A DNA stretch of 62,992 bases, counting the filler, from Octopus bimaculoides (lineage: Eukaryota), in the NCBI RefSeq assembly GCF_001194135.2. It is 3 parts of 3 records of this genome, joined end to end, with 100 filler letters (N's around TTAATTAATTAA, not from the genome) between each part and the next. Parts side by side here need not be neighbours in the genome. Positions count along the whole stretch, not along the records: positions 1 to 30,501 come from NC_068985.1; 2 more parts are not named here. One strand, written 5' to 3'. The notes below the pieces were generated by a model, which was not told where the DNA came from, made no database searches, and was given only the letters and a program-made list of their open reading frames with translations. The stretch's first letter is position 1. Each line of letters starts with the position of its first letter. This document shows, one piece after another, positions 12,538 to 24,190 of this stretch. A program made the position numbers and the translations under genes.

Positions 12538-13732
12538 GATAACTGTTTGATAGGAAAAACATTTTATTCCGATGATGCTGTAAAATAGGCCTTCCAAGAT
12601 TTTATTGACTCTGGATTGCCAGGCTTTTAAAGTTCTGGCCTGGACAAGCTACTACTGAAATGGCAAAAGTGTATTGACAATATGGGTGCATACTTTGATG
12701 AAATTATTTTGTATGATGCATATGTGCAAACTGCCATGCTAAACAGCAGTGAAACATGGACCATGACTGCTGAAGACATGCATAGGCTCAAAAGAAATAA
12801 AGCTAATATGATCCACTTGATGTGTAATGTCAGTGTGCACACAGTACAAAGAGTAAGCGCCCTAAGTGAAATGTTGGACATAAGAAGCATCAGATGCGGT
12901 GTGTAAGAGAGACAACTGTGCTGGTATGGTCATATGTTGCATATGGATGAGAAGAGCTGTGTGAAGAAGTGTCACTCCCTAACAGTGGAACGAATCCATG
13001 GAAGAAGGAGAGTCACTAAGACATGGGATGAGGTCAGGGTTAGGGTGAAGCATGACCTTCAAACATTGGGCTTCACTGAGGCAATGACAATAGACCGAGA
13101 CCTCTGAAGATATGCTGTGATTGAGAAGACCCAGTAAATAAAGTGAGATCACAGCTGTAGCCTACACCAGTGTTGCATAACCAGCCCATTTAATTAAGTA
13201 CCTTTGAATTGTGGGGCAACATTCTGCGCTTGAGGAGACCTGTTGAGTCAAGTAAAATCAAAATCAAAATCAAATTATAATCAAATGGAATTGTAGTTGT
13301 GGCAGATGCCAGTGCCGCTTGACTGGCTCCCGTACTGGTGGCATGCAATAAGCACCATGCATGCGTGGGTCGTTGCCAGTACTGCCTGACTGGCTTCCCA
13401 TGCTGGTGGCATGTAAAAAGCACCATCCAAACATGGTTGATGCCAGCCTCCCTGCCCCAACTGGTAGCACATAAAAAGTCATAACACATAAAATGCACCA
13501 TCCGATGTGGCCAAAGCCAGCTGCACCTAACTGGCTCCCATGCTAGTGGCATGTAAAAAGCATCTGCAACACACTTGGAATGGTTGGCATTAGGAAGGGC
13601 ATCCAGCTGTAGAAATACTGCCAGATCAGATTGGAGCCTGGTATAGCCTCCTGGCTTGCCAGTCCTCAATCAAATTGAAGAACCCAAGCCAGCATGGAAA
13701 ACAGGCATTAAACAATGATGATGATGACGATG
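11770..13732 (+). mobile_element. RTE-clade LINE, decayed and interrupted at ~12372-12710
   Basis: RT motifs DEMQFGFVPGRSTTDAIFLVRQLQEKYL...LYLAFV, LLYADDL-like sequence, AMLNSSETWTMTAEDM; family 3' tail ending in (GAT)n at ~13714-13732. Confidence 0.9.
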
Positions 13733-13756
13733 TATATATTGTTAGGTATGTCTGTG

Positions 13757-13793
<37 letters not shown>

Positions 13794-14310
13794 GTGTGNN
13801 NNNNNNNNGGGGGGGGGTGAATGAATCTGTCTAGTTAGTCTGCATTCTGTAGAATTACTTGGCATTAATCAATATAGAACCACAACATTCCAAGATAAAA
13901 ACACATCAGAGTCAATTTTAGACTGTAAACCACCCATTAAGTACTTTTATATAATTTCTCTAATAAAATTAACAGTTTCAATATGGAATAAAATTTCTAA
14001 GGCCAATTTACTTAAAAACTTTCTCTCCAAACACAAATTCTGAAATGCAATTTTACCAAAATTACTTAAATGAATTTATTAGGCAGTTCTTTTCTATTTC
14101 TCAGTACATCAATGAGAGGATAAAGAACTCATACCCTACATTCAGCTTAGTTAGAATTCAAATATTCATTTTTGTCTAAATATATGTGTATATATATGAA
14201 ATATGCAGTATGTTTTCCTATATGCTTAGTTACTTTCTATGCAATATCAAATTATTTAAATCATCCTCTCCAAACAACAAATATACCTATTTTTATGCAA
14301 TTTCTTGAAG

Positions 14311-14370
14311 CTGTGGAAGAACAATGCACGGAAATTAGTGATCTCAGATATTTATGCATGAAACAGCCAG
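14311..14370 (+). CDS. Micro-exon B2 (60 nt, phase 1-1): (A)VEEQCTEISDLRYLCMKQP
   Basis: tttcttgaag|CTGTGG...CAGCCAG|gtaagt; open frame. Confidence 0.7.
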
Positions 14371-14616
14371 GTAAGTATAATCACTATTGATAATACGTAA
14401 AGTGATCTTAGAAGAACAAAAATAGAAAGCTAACAATCATGAAACATGTCATGCTTAAACTTTTGTCTCTTAATATATGCATACATACATGTATGTGTGT
14501 GAGAATGTTTAAGATTATTTCATTGGCATTTCTTATGACAGTGTCAGTACATTACTAACATAATTTAAATGTTATTTCTAGCAATGCTATTTATTCTTTT
14601 TTTAAATTTCTTAAAG

Positions 14617-14658
14617 ACATGGATGGTGCTTACATTAATGATTCACAGACACCTGGTA
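14617..14658 (+). CDS. Micro-exon A'1 (42 nt, phase 1-1): (D)MDGAYINDSQTPG
   Basis: tttcttaaag|ACATGG...CCTGGTA|gtaagt; open frame. Confidence 0.65.
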
Positions 14659-15128
14659 GTAAGTATATAAGCAATTCATTAATAAAATTACATTCATTGG
14701 ACTGTGGTCACTACCTTGAAGGGTTTAGTCTAACAAATCCACCAAGATACTTATTATTTTTAAACTTAGTACTTATTCTATTGAATTCCTTTGCCAAACC
14801 ACTAAGTTCAGTGAATGTGAACTAACTAACTCTGACTGTCAAGTGATGGTTGGAGATGAACACAAAGACACACATACTCTTGTGTATTTATAAATACATA
14901 CACACACGTAAGTATGTATGTATGTATGTATGTATGTATGTATGTATGTATGTATATATAGATGTGTGTGTGTGTGTGAGTGTGTGTGTGTGTGTGTGAG
15001 TGTGTGTGTGTGTGCATGTGTTTGAGTCTATCTCATTAGTCTTTATTCTGGTAGATTCAACACAATACAATATATTTTAAATATTATTTATAGCTATACA
15101 TTATATTCATTCTTTTTATTTCTTAAAG

Positions 15129-15170
15129 ATATGGATGATGTTCATGGTAACATTTCAAGGAAATCTCATA
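15129..15170 (+). CDS. Micro-exon A2 (42 nt, phase 1-1): xMDDVHGNISRKSH
   Basis: tttcttaaag|ATATGG...TCTCATA|gtaagt; open frame. Confidence 0.65.
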
Positions 15171-15294
15171 GTAAGTGTATAAACGATCCTTTAATACAAT
15201 TACAATAATTAAAGCACAGGTATGCCCTTTTATTTTAGTTTCTGTCAGAGGCTGTGACAATATGGGTGGAGTGGGGTTTACTTGTTTGTTTTAG

Positions 15295-15330
15295 ACTCAT
15301 TTCCCAGCCCAGTCACTGCAAACAGTTCTG
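15295..15330 (+). CDS. Candidate micro-exon D2 (36 nt, phase 1-1): xSFPSPVTANSS
   Basis: ttgtttgttttag|ACTCAT...AGTTCTG|gtgaag; symmetric and open, but the donor is weaker. Confidence 0.45.
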
Positions 15331-15625
15331 GTGAAGTTAGTAAAAATTTTGGCTTGTTCTTACTTTGTGTAAAATATATGGCTTAATAATATGTGTATGT
15401 ATATACTTAAGTACAACATTAAAGATATTAAAATTCAACACAAAATTTGCACTTTCATTAATAATACAGCACATAAATATTCTTTGTAAGCCTTAGCTGT
15501 ACAAGTAAACCAAGCAAAGATATAATTTACAATAAATTCACTAGATATTTACTCAGGCAAGACACATAAAATATGGAAGAGATTTGCAATGGTGAATATG
15601 TCAAATCATAATTAGTTGTTTTTAG

Positions 15626-15697
15626 ATAGCTCTAGCTTGAAAGTAAATATGCAAAATATCTTATTTCTCAAGCCATACCTTGAAATGGCTTTTCATG
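15626..15697 (+). CDS. Candidate exon C2 (72 nt, phase 1-1): (D)SSSLKVNMQNILFLKPYLEMAFH
   Basis: tttttag|ATAGC...TTCATG|gtaaca; open and symmetric, but the other three paralogues are disabled. Confidence 0.4.
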
Positions 15698-16246
15698 GTA
15701 ACACAATCAATTTTAAATAACAACTAAACTTTTGACTGGCAGAAATAGTAGAACCAATGAATTAATTACTTGGCATTAATTAATTTGGGTCCACACCTTT
15801 TTCTAACTCAAAACACATAAGAGTAAATTTTATCCTGTGAACCACCCTTTAAGTACTTTTATTTAATTACTCTAATAAAATTAGCAGTTTGATTCTGGAA
15901 TAAAATTTTGAAGGCCAATTTACTGAAGAACCTTCTCTCCAAACACAAATTCCGAAATTATATTTTACCAGAATTTCTCTTGTTTCATTTTGTTCATACA
16001 AATTGAATTTCTTAGGCAATTCTGTTTTTTTTTTTCCTGATATATCAATGAGAGGATAAAGAAATCATGCTCTACATTCAGTTTGGTTGGAATTCAAGTA
16101 TTTGTTTCTAAATATATGTGTATGTATATATATGAAATATACAATATGTTTTCCAATATTTTTAGTTACTTTCTGTGCAATATCAATATATTTAAATCAT
16201 CCTCTCCAAACAATAAATATAGCTATCTTTATGTAATTTCTTGAAG

Positions 16247-16306
16247 CTGTTGAAAATGAATATGCTGAAATTAGTGATCTCAGATATTTATGGATGAAAC
16301 AGCCAG
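16247..16306 (+). CDS. Micro-exon B3 (60 nt, phase 1-1): (A)VENEYAEISDLRYLWMKQP
   Basis: tttcttgaag|CTGTTG...CAGCCAG|gtaagt; open frame. Confidence 0.72.
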
Positions 16307-16422
16307 GTAAGTATAATCACTATTGATAATACGTAAAGTGATCTTAGAAGAAGAGAAATAGAAAACTAGCAATCATGAAACATGTCACTCTTGATCTTTT
16401 GTCTCTTAATATATGCATACAT

Positions 16423-16643
16423 GTAAGGCGGTGCACTGGCAGAAACGTTAGCTTACTGGGCAAAATGCTGAGCGGTATTTCATTTGCCTTTACATTCTGA
16501 GTTCACATTCTGCCGAGGTCGACTTTTCCTATCATCCTTTTAGGGTGGATAAATTAAATACCAGTAGCATACTGGGGTCGATGTAATTAACTAGCCCTGT
16601 CTCCAAATATTTCAGGCCTTGTGTCTAGAGTAGAAACCAAAAG
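16423..16643 (+). mobile_element. tRNA-derived SINE, same insertion as 9892 copied by unit duplication
   Basis: Near-identical to 9892-10112, same flanks and TSD (16408-16422, 16644-16658). Confidence 0.85.
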
Positions 16644-16786
16644 AATATATGCATACATGCATGTTGTGTGAGAATGTTTAAGTCTATATCTTAAATATTT
16701 CTTATGAGTGTGTGAGCACAATACTAACATAGTTTAAATGTTATTTCTAGCAATGCTATTCATTCTTTTTTTTTAATTTCTTAAAG

Positions 16787-16828
16787 ACATGGATGATGCT
16801 TACGTTAATGATTCACAGACACCTGGTA
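16787..16828 (+). CDS. Micro-exon A'2 (42 nt, phase 1-1): (D)MDDAYVNDSQTPG
   Basis: tttcttaaag|ACATGG...CCTGGTA|gtaagt; open frame. Confidence 0.68.
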
Positions 16829-17518
16829 GTAAGTATATAAGCAATTCATTAATAAAATTACATCATTAGAGAAAGAGTTACCAAATATCTTGGTTCATTC
16901 TTTCTTTGAGTAGTATAGGTAGCTTAATATATGTCATTTATTTTTTACTTGTTTTAGTTATTGAAATGAAGTCATGCTAAGGCACCATCTTGAAGGGTTA
17001 AGTCCAAATTCACCTAAATACTTATTATTTTTAAGCTTAGTACTTATTCTATTGGTTACCTTTGCCAAATTGCTAAGTTGTTTGGATGTTAACAAACTAA
17101 CACTGATTGTCATGTGGTGGTGGAAGATGAACACAAAGACACACATATTCCTCTGTATATATATATATATATATNNNNNNNNNNNNNNNNNNNNNNNNNN
17201 NNNNNNNNNNNNNNNNNNNNNNNNNNNNNNNNNNNNNNNNNNNNNNNNNNNNNNNNNNNNNNNNNNNNNNNNNNNNNNNNNNNNNNNNNNNNNNNNNNNN
17301 NNNNNNNNNNNNNNNNNNNNNNNNNNNNNNNNNNNNNNNNNNNNNNNNNNNNNNNNNNNNNNNNNNNNNNNNNNNNNNNNNNNNNNNNNNNNNNNNNNNN
17401 NNNNNNNNNNNNNNNNNNNNNNNNNNNNNNNNNNNNNNNNNNNNNNNNNNNNNNNNNNNNNNNNNNNNNNNNNNNNNNNNNNNNNNNNNNNNNNNNNNNN
17501 NNNNNNNNNNNNNTATAA

Positions 17519-17688
17519 TTTCTTTACTGCCCACAAGGGGCTACACATAGAGGGGACAAACAAGGACAGACAAACGGATTAAGTTGATTATATCGACCCC
17601 AGTGCGTAGCTGGTACTTATTTAATCGACCACAAAAGGATGAAAGGCAAAGTCAACCTCGGTAGAATTTGAACTCAGAATGTAGCGGC
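17519..17688 (-). mobile_element. tRNA-derived SINE (5' part missing)
   Basis: Reverse complement reads CTGAGTTCAAATTCTACCGAGGTTGACTTTGCC...GGGGTCGAT...TTGTGGGCAGTAAAGAAA, the same family core as other copies. Confidence 0.8.
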
Positions 17689-17843
17689 ATATGTATGTAT
17701 GTATATATAGATGTGTGTCTTTGTGTGTGTGTCTGCATGTGTGTGTGTGTGTGTGCATGCATTTGAGTCCATCCCATTAGACTTTATCCTGGTATATTCA
17801 GCACAATACAATATATTTTAAATATTATTCTCATTTCTTAAAC

Positions 17844-17885
17844 ACATGAACTATGCCTATGTTAACATTTCAAGGAAACCTGATA
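17844..17885 (+). pseudogene. Pseudo-exon A3 (DMNYAYVNISRKPD) with both splice sites lost
   Basis: Frame intact, but the acceptor reads aaac instead of aaag and the donor reads ctatgt instead of gtaagt. Confidence 0.6.
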
Positions 17886-18011
17886 CTATGTATCTAAACA
17901 ATCCTTTAATAAAATTACAATAATTAAAGGACAAGTTCACCTCTTTATGTTATTTTTATTTCTGTTAGAGGCCGTGACCATACCGGGTGGGGTGCTACTT
18001 GCTTGTTTTAG

Positions 18012-18047
18012 TCTCGTTTTCCAGCTCTGTCACTGGAATCAGTTCTG
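18012..18047 (+). CDS. Candidate micro-exon D3 (36 nt, phase 1-1): xSFSSSVTGISS
   Basis: ttgttttag|TCTCG...AGTTCTG|gtgaag; symmetric and open. Confidence 0.45.
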
Positions 18048-18384
18048 GTGAAGTTAGCAAAAATGTTTGGCTCATTCTTCCTTTGCATAAAATATATGGT
18101 TTAATAACATGTGTATGCATAGACTTAAATATAACATTGAAAATACTAGAAGTCTACATTAAATTTGCATCTTTATTTATCCTTGTTAATAATCCAACTG
18201 ATAAATATGTTTTGTCAGCCTTAGCTGTACATATCACAACCAAGCAAAGATACATTTCACATTAAATTCACTAGGATTTTACTCAGGCAAGAGACGTAAA
18301 TAATGGAAGAGATTTCAAATGGTGAATATGTCACATTATAATCAATTGTTGTTGACAATTAACTACAATCAGCCCTGTTTTTAA

Positions 18385-18456
18385 ATAGCTCTAGATTGGA
18401 AGTAAATATGCAAAATATCTTATTTCTCAAGCCATACCTTGGAATGGCTTTTTATG
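18385..18456 (+). pseudogene. Copy of candidate exon C with acceptor AG>AA
   Basis: tttttaa|ATAGCT...TTTATG|gtaaca; the frame is still open. Confidence 0.35.
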
Positions 18457-18989
18457 GTAACATGATTAATTTCAAATAACAACCTAAACTTTTGACTGGC
18501 AGAAATAGTAGAACCAATAAATTAATTACTTGGCATTAATTAATTTAGGTCCACACCTTTTTTTTTTTTTTACTCAAAACACATAAGAGTAAATTTTATC
18601 CTGCGAACCACCCTTTAAGTACTTTTATTTAATTACTCTAATAAAATTAGCAGTTTGATTCTGGAATAAAATTTGAAGGCCAATTTACTGAAGAACCTTC
18701 CGAAATGATATTTTACCAGAATTTCTCTTGTTTCATTTTGTTCATACAAATTGAATTTCTTAGGCAATTCTGTTTTTTTTTCCTGATATATCAATGAAGA
18801 GGATAAAGAAATCATGCTCTACATTCAGCTTGGTTGGAATTCAAGTATTTGTTTCTAAATATATGTGTGTATATATGAAATATACAATATGTTTTCCAAT
18901 ATTTTTAGTTACTTTCTTTGCAATATCAATATATTTAAATCATCCTCTCCAAACAATAAATATAGCTATCTTTATGTAATTTCTTGAAG

Positions 18990-19049
18990 CTGTGGAAAAT
19001 CAATATGCTGAAATTAGTCATCCCAAATATTTATGCATGAAAAAGCGAG
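18990..19049 (+). CDS. Micro-exon B4 (60 nt, phase 1-1): (A)VENQYAEISHPKYLCMKKR
   Basis: tttcttgaag|CTGTGG...AAGCGAG|gtaagt; open frame. Confidence 0.72.
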
Positions 19050-19165
19050 GTAAGTATAATCACTATTGATAATACGTAAAGTGATCTTAGAAGAAGAGAA
19101 ATAGAAAACTAGCAATCATGAAACATGTCACTCTTGATCTTTTGTCTCTTAATATATGCATACAT

Positions 19166-19279
19166 GTAAGGCAGAAACTGGCAGAAACGTTAGCTTGCTG
19201 GGCAAAATGCTGAGCGGTATTTCATTTGCCTTTACATTCTGAGTTCACATTCCGCCAAGGTTGACTTTGCCTTTCATCC
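19166..19279 (+). mobile_element. 3'-truncated third copy of the unit-embedded SINE
   Basis: Follows the same AATATATGCATACAT site; homology stops at ~19279. Confidence 0.8.
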
Positions 19280-20315
19280 AAGGCTGTGAAAGATTTCAGA
19301 ACATTTATAAAGAGAAAGTTTTACAGCTGTTTCTGGGATATTTTATATATCACTTCATAGGAGATAGTGTAAAAAAATGGTTAAGCAATAATTATTCTAG
19401 ATAAGATATGAAATAGAGAGTGAAGTGGAGGAATGAAAATAGACGTGATATATGCAGGGATATTGTATCTGCAGTTCCATTATTTAGGCAGAATGGTATA
19501 CATATAAGATTCATGTACCTTGTGTGTAAGTTCGAATAGTATTTAAAATCGGTCATTCCAAGCATAGAGTATGTAAATGGTGTTATTGAATCGAGGGTTT
19601 TTTTGAAGTGACTTAAAAGTTGGAAATGTGTTTGTAAGGTCAAATCAACAACAGGAAGAGAGGAAAAAAGAAAAGAAAAAAAATGAAAGCGGTGGGGGGG
19701 GGGAGAAATATAATAAAGAAATGAAGAGAGAGAAAGTGTACTGGTTAGTGGTCAGTCAGGATAAATTGATGGAAGGAATGGGGAGGTAAGGGTGATAGAA
19801 AGAGAAAGATATGAGGATGTAAAGAGATGAGAGGGTAAATAGTTAAAGAGTGTCAGGTATGTAGTGATAGAGCCTAAGTGAAGGGCAGAGAGAGGGGATA
19901 GTGGTATTAAAATGGTGGAATGAAGAATTTGGGAATATAGGTTAGGTTGCTTAGAGGACAGGTCAGTGCTTAGTAGTAGAAGAATATATATATGTGAAGA
20001 TGTATACACATGCATATATTGAACATGTATATAGATATTTACACACATCAACAGCTATACATACAACATGTACTCATATGTATATGTATATATGCACACT
20101 CATATATACATGTATCTGTATGTATTATCACCCCTGCACATGCAGGTATATATACCTTGCTTACATACATACACATACTGGTGGTGTGGAGAGGGGAGAC
20201 TGGTATGCATGGGTGACTGCTCATCATCCATAAAACAATCTTTCCTGGACTTGTGCCTGGGAGGGTAACTTTCTAGCTGCAATCCCATGGTCTATCATGA
20301 CTGAAGGGGGTCCCA

Positions 20316-20346
<31 letters not shown>

Positions 20347-20347
<1 letters not shown>

Positions 20348-22386
20348 TAGCAGTATAACCTGACCTTGTCCGGGTGTGACTTATTACGCCATCTACAATA
20401 AGTCTTGCGAGGTGAAAATCAACCAAAAAAGAAAGCCTTACAACGAAAAAACCCTTATGATGTAAATATGTTCATAATTCAAAAGACGATGAAATTAATA
20501 GGGAAAGTCTGAAGGCTGTTTTGCGTAACATTATTAAGAGTACGTAAATTTCATCCGTCTAATTGGTTGTAGAAATGCTTGTGCAAAACAACTTTTTGCG
20601 CTGCCCTGATTATACATAGCAGGGTAATTCCTTTTAGCAAGAGGTAGGATGGCAATTTCTGATGAAGCAATTGCTGGCGATCTGTTGCTACACAGTTTTG
20701 TCAGAATTCTATCAGATTAGGCAGAAGAAGTTGATGCACCATTTTGCATTATGTTCAAAGTAGCTTCTGGAATGTGGTGAATTGCTGCAGTCTGTTGCTG
20801 TCATTTTAAACTGGTTGCTTTCTTTCCGCAGCAAACTCTCTTCTTTGGAGGCATAATCTATGTATATATTAAACAGATCAACAAAAGTTATAATAGATGG
20901 CAGAGTNNNNNNNNNNNNNNNNNNNNNNNNNNNNNNNNNNNNNNNNNNNNNNNNNNNNNNNNNNNNNNNNNNNNNNNNNNNNNNNNNNNNNNNNNNNNNN
21001 NNNNNNNNNNNNNNNNNNNNNNNNNNNNNNNNNNNNNNNNNNNNNNNNNNNNNNNNNNNNNNNNNNNNNNNNNNNNNNNNNNNNNNNNNNNNNNNNNNNN
21101 NNNNNNNNNNNNNNNNNNNNNNNNNNNNNNNNNNNNNNNNNNNNNNNNNNNNNNNNNNNNNNNNNNNNNNNNNNNNNNNNNNNNNNNNNNNNNNNNNNNN
21201 NNNNNNNNNNNNNNNNNNNNNNNNNNNNNNNNNNNNNNNNNNNNNNNNNNNNNNNNNNNNNNNNNNNNNNNNNNNNNNNNNNNNNNNNNNNNNNNNNNNN
21301 NNNNNNNNNNNNNNNNNNNNNNNNNNNNNNNNNNNNNNNNNNNNNNNNNNNNNNNNNNNNNNNNNNNNNNNNNNNNNNNNNNNNNNNNNNNNNNNNNNNN
21401 NNNNNNNNNNNNNNNNNNNNNNNNNNNNNNNNNNNNNACGAACATGAGTTATATTGTAGTCAATGATTGTGTGTACAGGTAGAAGGGAAGAAATATAAAA
21501 GTTGCTAGAAACAACAGCCAAATCTCCCTTAAATCACACAAAGTAAACGGAATTTTAAAATTTTTACATCAATGGAATTTTTTCGATGGGAACTTTCCAA
21601 TGCAGTAATTATGCGCTCAACATATAATATAGAGAGTAAGAATAAAAGAGGGGGAAAGAGAGAGAGAGAGTGATACATAAACCCTAACACTAACACCCTA
21701 ATGAAAATCGTGGTATATTTACCAAACATTGACGAACATGAGTTATATTGTAGTGAATGTTTTGTGAGAGAGAAGAGGGAGAGAGGAAGAGAGACAGGGA
21801 GAGAGGGGGGAGAAAGGAATAGAGATGGTAGCAATGAAAAGAGAAAGAGAGAACGGAAGACAGTTATAAAATAGCAATGCGTGCACGTGNNNNNNNNNNT
21901 AATTTTTCAGATTAACACCTGCACGATTACCCAACCCTAACCCTAAAACTAACCCTAACACTAACCCTAAACCCTAACCTTAAAACCCTAACTTTAAAAC
22001 CTTAACCCTAACCCTAAAACCGTAACACTAACCCTAATCCTAACTCTAAACCCTAACCCTAACCCTAAAACCCTAACCCTAACACCCTAGTGAAAATGGT
22101 TGTATATTTACCAAACATTGACGAACATGAGTTATATTGTAGTCAATGATTGTGTGTACAGGTAGAAGGGAAGAAATATAAAAGTTGCTAGAAACAACAG
22201 CCAAATCTCCCTTAAATCACACAAAGTAAACGGAATTTTAAAAAATCTAATTACTGCACTGGAAAGTTCACATCGAGAAAATTCCATTGATGTAAAAATT
22301 TTTACGAAAAAGTGGTAAATGTGGATTTCTATAAACTTTAAAAACGGCTTCACACAGACACACAACTTCAGCTTTATATATTAAGA
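20347..22386 (-). mobile_element. Helitron-like non-autonomous element with internal (TTAGGG)n-like array; second 5' terminus copy at 23116
   Basis: On the minus strand it begins A|TCTTAATATATAAAG (22386) and ends ...GGTTATACTGCTAG|T (20347), with an imperfect GC-rich hairpin just upstream and inserted in (TA)n. This fits the canonical Helitron 5'-TC/CTAG-3' A|T pattern. Contains gaps and internal duplications. Confidence 0.7.
21930..22090 (-). repeat. Degenerate (CCCTAA)n / (TTAGGG)n array
   Basis: Direct reading: CCCTAACCCTAAAACTAACCCTAA... Confidence 0.9.
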
Positions 22387-23329
22387 TATACATGATATAT
22401 ACATATATANNNNNNNNNNNNNNNNNNNNNNNNNNNNNNNNNNNNNNNNNNNNNNNNNNNNNNNNNNNNNNNNNNNNNNNNNNNNNNNNNNNNNNNNNNN
22501 NNNNNNNNNNNNNNNNNNNNNNNNNNNNNNNNNNNNNNNNNNNNNNNNNNNNNNNNNNNNNNNNNNNNNNNNNNNNNNNNNNNNNNNNNNNNNNNNNNNN
22601 NNNNNNNNNNNNNNNNNNNNNNNNNNNNNNNNNNNNNNNNNNNNNNNNNNNNNNNNNNNNNNNNNNNNNNNNNNNNNNNNNNNNNNNNNNNNNNNNNNNN
22701 NNNNNNNNNNNNNNNNNNNNNNNNATATTATGAAAAATATGTTAGGGATAGAGGAAAGGTATTAAATGAGAGAGAGGAAGAAGTAAAAGTGTAAAATGTA
22801 ACCAAGTTAATCTATGACTTTGTATGTATTACTTTCTCTCTCTCTCCCTCTCCCTCATTTACTCTTACTCTCTATAAGAACGCTGGTACAGGAAGAAGGG
22901 AAGAAATATAAAAGTTGCTAGAAACAACAGCCAAATCTCCCTTAAATCACACAAAGTAAACGGAATTTTAAAAAATCTAATTACTGCACTGGAAAGTTCA
23001 CATCGAGAAAATTCCATTGATGTAAAAATTTTTACGAAAAAGTGGTAAATGTGGATTTCTATAAACTTTAAAAACGGCTTCACACAGACACACAACTTCA
23101 GCTTTATATATTAAGATATACATGATATATACATATATACATTATATATACATATACATATATACATTATATCTATATATACTTATATACATTATATATA
23201 TACATATATACATTATATATATACATATATACATTATATATACATACTTTATATATATATATATACATAATATCTATATGTATTATTTTTATATACTTTT
23301 ATTTTTTATTTTATTTTATCTAGTTTCAG

Positions 23330-24190
23330 CTCATGAGCTGTGGCCATGCTGGGGCACTGCCATTTGCTGTTGCTACATAATTTTACTTCACGAATGCTTT
23401 TTAGGAATTGACATTTGGTACATGAGAGAGTTTGATGCAGCTGCCCTCATCTTCACCTCCTACTGCGAACTTGGTTCATCTGGGACACTTGACAGGAAGA
23501 GGTCCAGCTTTATTTTGAAGACACCTACATCCACCCATATGCAGGTCTCTCAGGTCCTTCGGGAGGATATTGAAGAGATGTGGACCTCTGAAGCCCATGC
23601 TATTGCAGTATTTTGTCCTATATCTTGATGGCAAATTTGGAGTCTTTGGCACTATGCAGTGCCACCCAGTTCTAGTATTTGTGTAACTCTTGATGCCAAA
23701 GTTTGGGACAATTCCTTCGAGGATCTTCCAGATGTATTTTATGGTATATCTTTCTCGCCTACGCTCTAAGGAATAGAGTCTTAATCTCTTGAGTCTTTCC
23801 TAGTAGCTTATATGCTGCATAGAGGCTATCTTCTTCATGTAGCTTCGTTGGATTGCCTCAAGTTCTGAGATTAATTTGACACTGGTTGGTGACCATAGCT
23901 GAGAGCAATAGTCAAAGTGGCTTTGGACAAGTGTCCTCCAGAGGAGCATCATGGTTTCCTGATCTCTTGTTCTAAAAATCTATCCGGTCAGCTGCCTGCA
24001 TTTCATTGCCAATTTAGCAAAATGCACATGAAAGAATGCATCATTACTCATGTAAATGCCCAGGTCTCACACTGACTGTGCCTCTGGGATTGCAATCCCT
24101 CCAGGTTCAGTGTATTTAATGAGTATTGCATGATGATAGCACAAGGCTTGAAACTTTTCAGCATTAAACTGCATGCTATTCTTTTCAGCT
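23330..24190 (-). mobile_element. CR1-like LINE, 3' region of RT ORF, decayed
   Basis: Minus-strand remnants RDLGIYMS, LWRTLVQSHFDYCSQLWSP, LKRLRLYSLERRRERY..YIWKILEGIVPN, GFRGPHLFNILPKDLR. Confidence 0.85.

Noticed and set aside
14105-14150. Segment F after a pyrimidine tract reading YINERIK in one frame (paralogues ~9532, 16020, 18786, 26769)
   Set aside because: Only one copy has an AG acceptor, it has a stop in phase 1, and there is no clear donor.
15557-15591. Exon-like segment E (ttactcag|GCAAGAC...GCAATG|gtgaat), also ~9009, 18287, ~26290
   Set aside because: 35 nt and not symmetric; the donor or acceptor is mutated or an in-frame stop is present in the other copies. At most a decayed ancestral exon.
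22100-23140. Tandem duplication of the Helitron 5' region (22100-22409 vs 22890-23140)
   Set aside because: Near-identical copies on either side of an N gap; likely unmerged contig overlap or haplotypes. The same applies to 28785-28881 vs 29510-29607.
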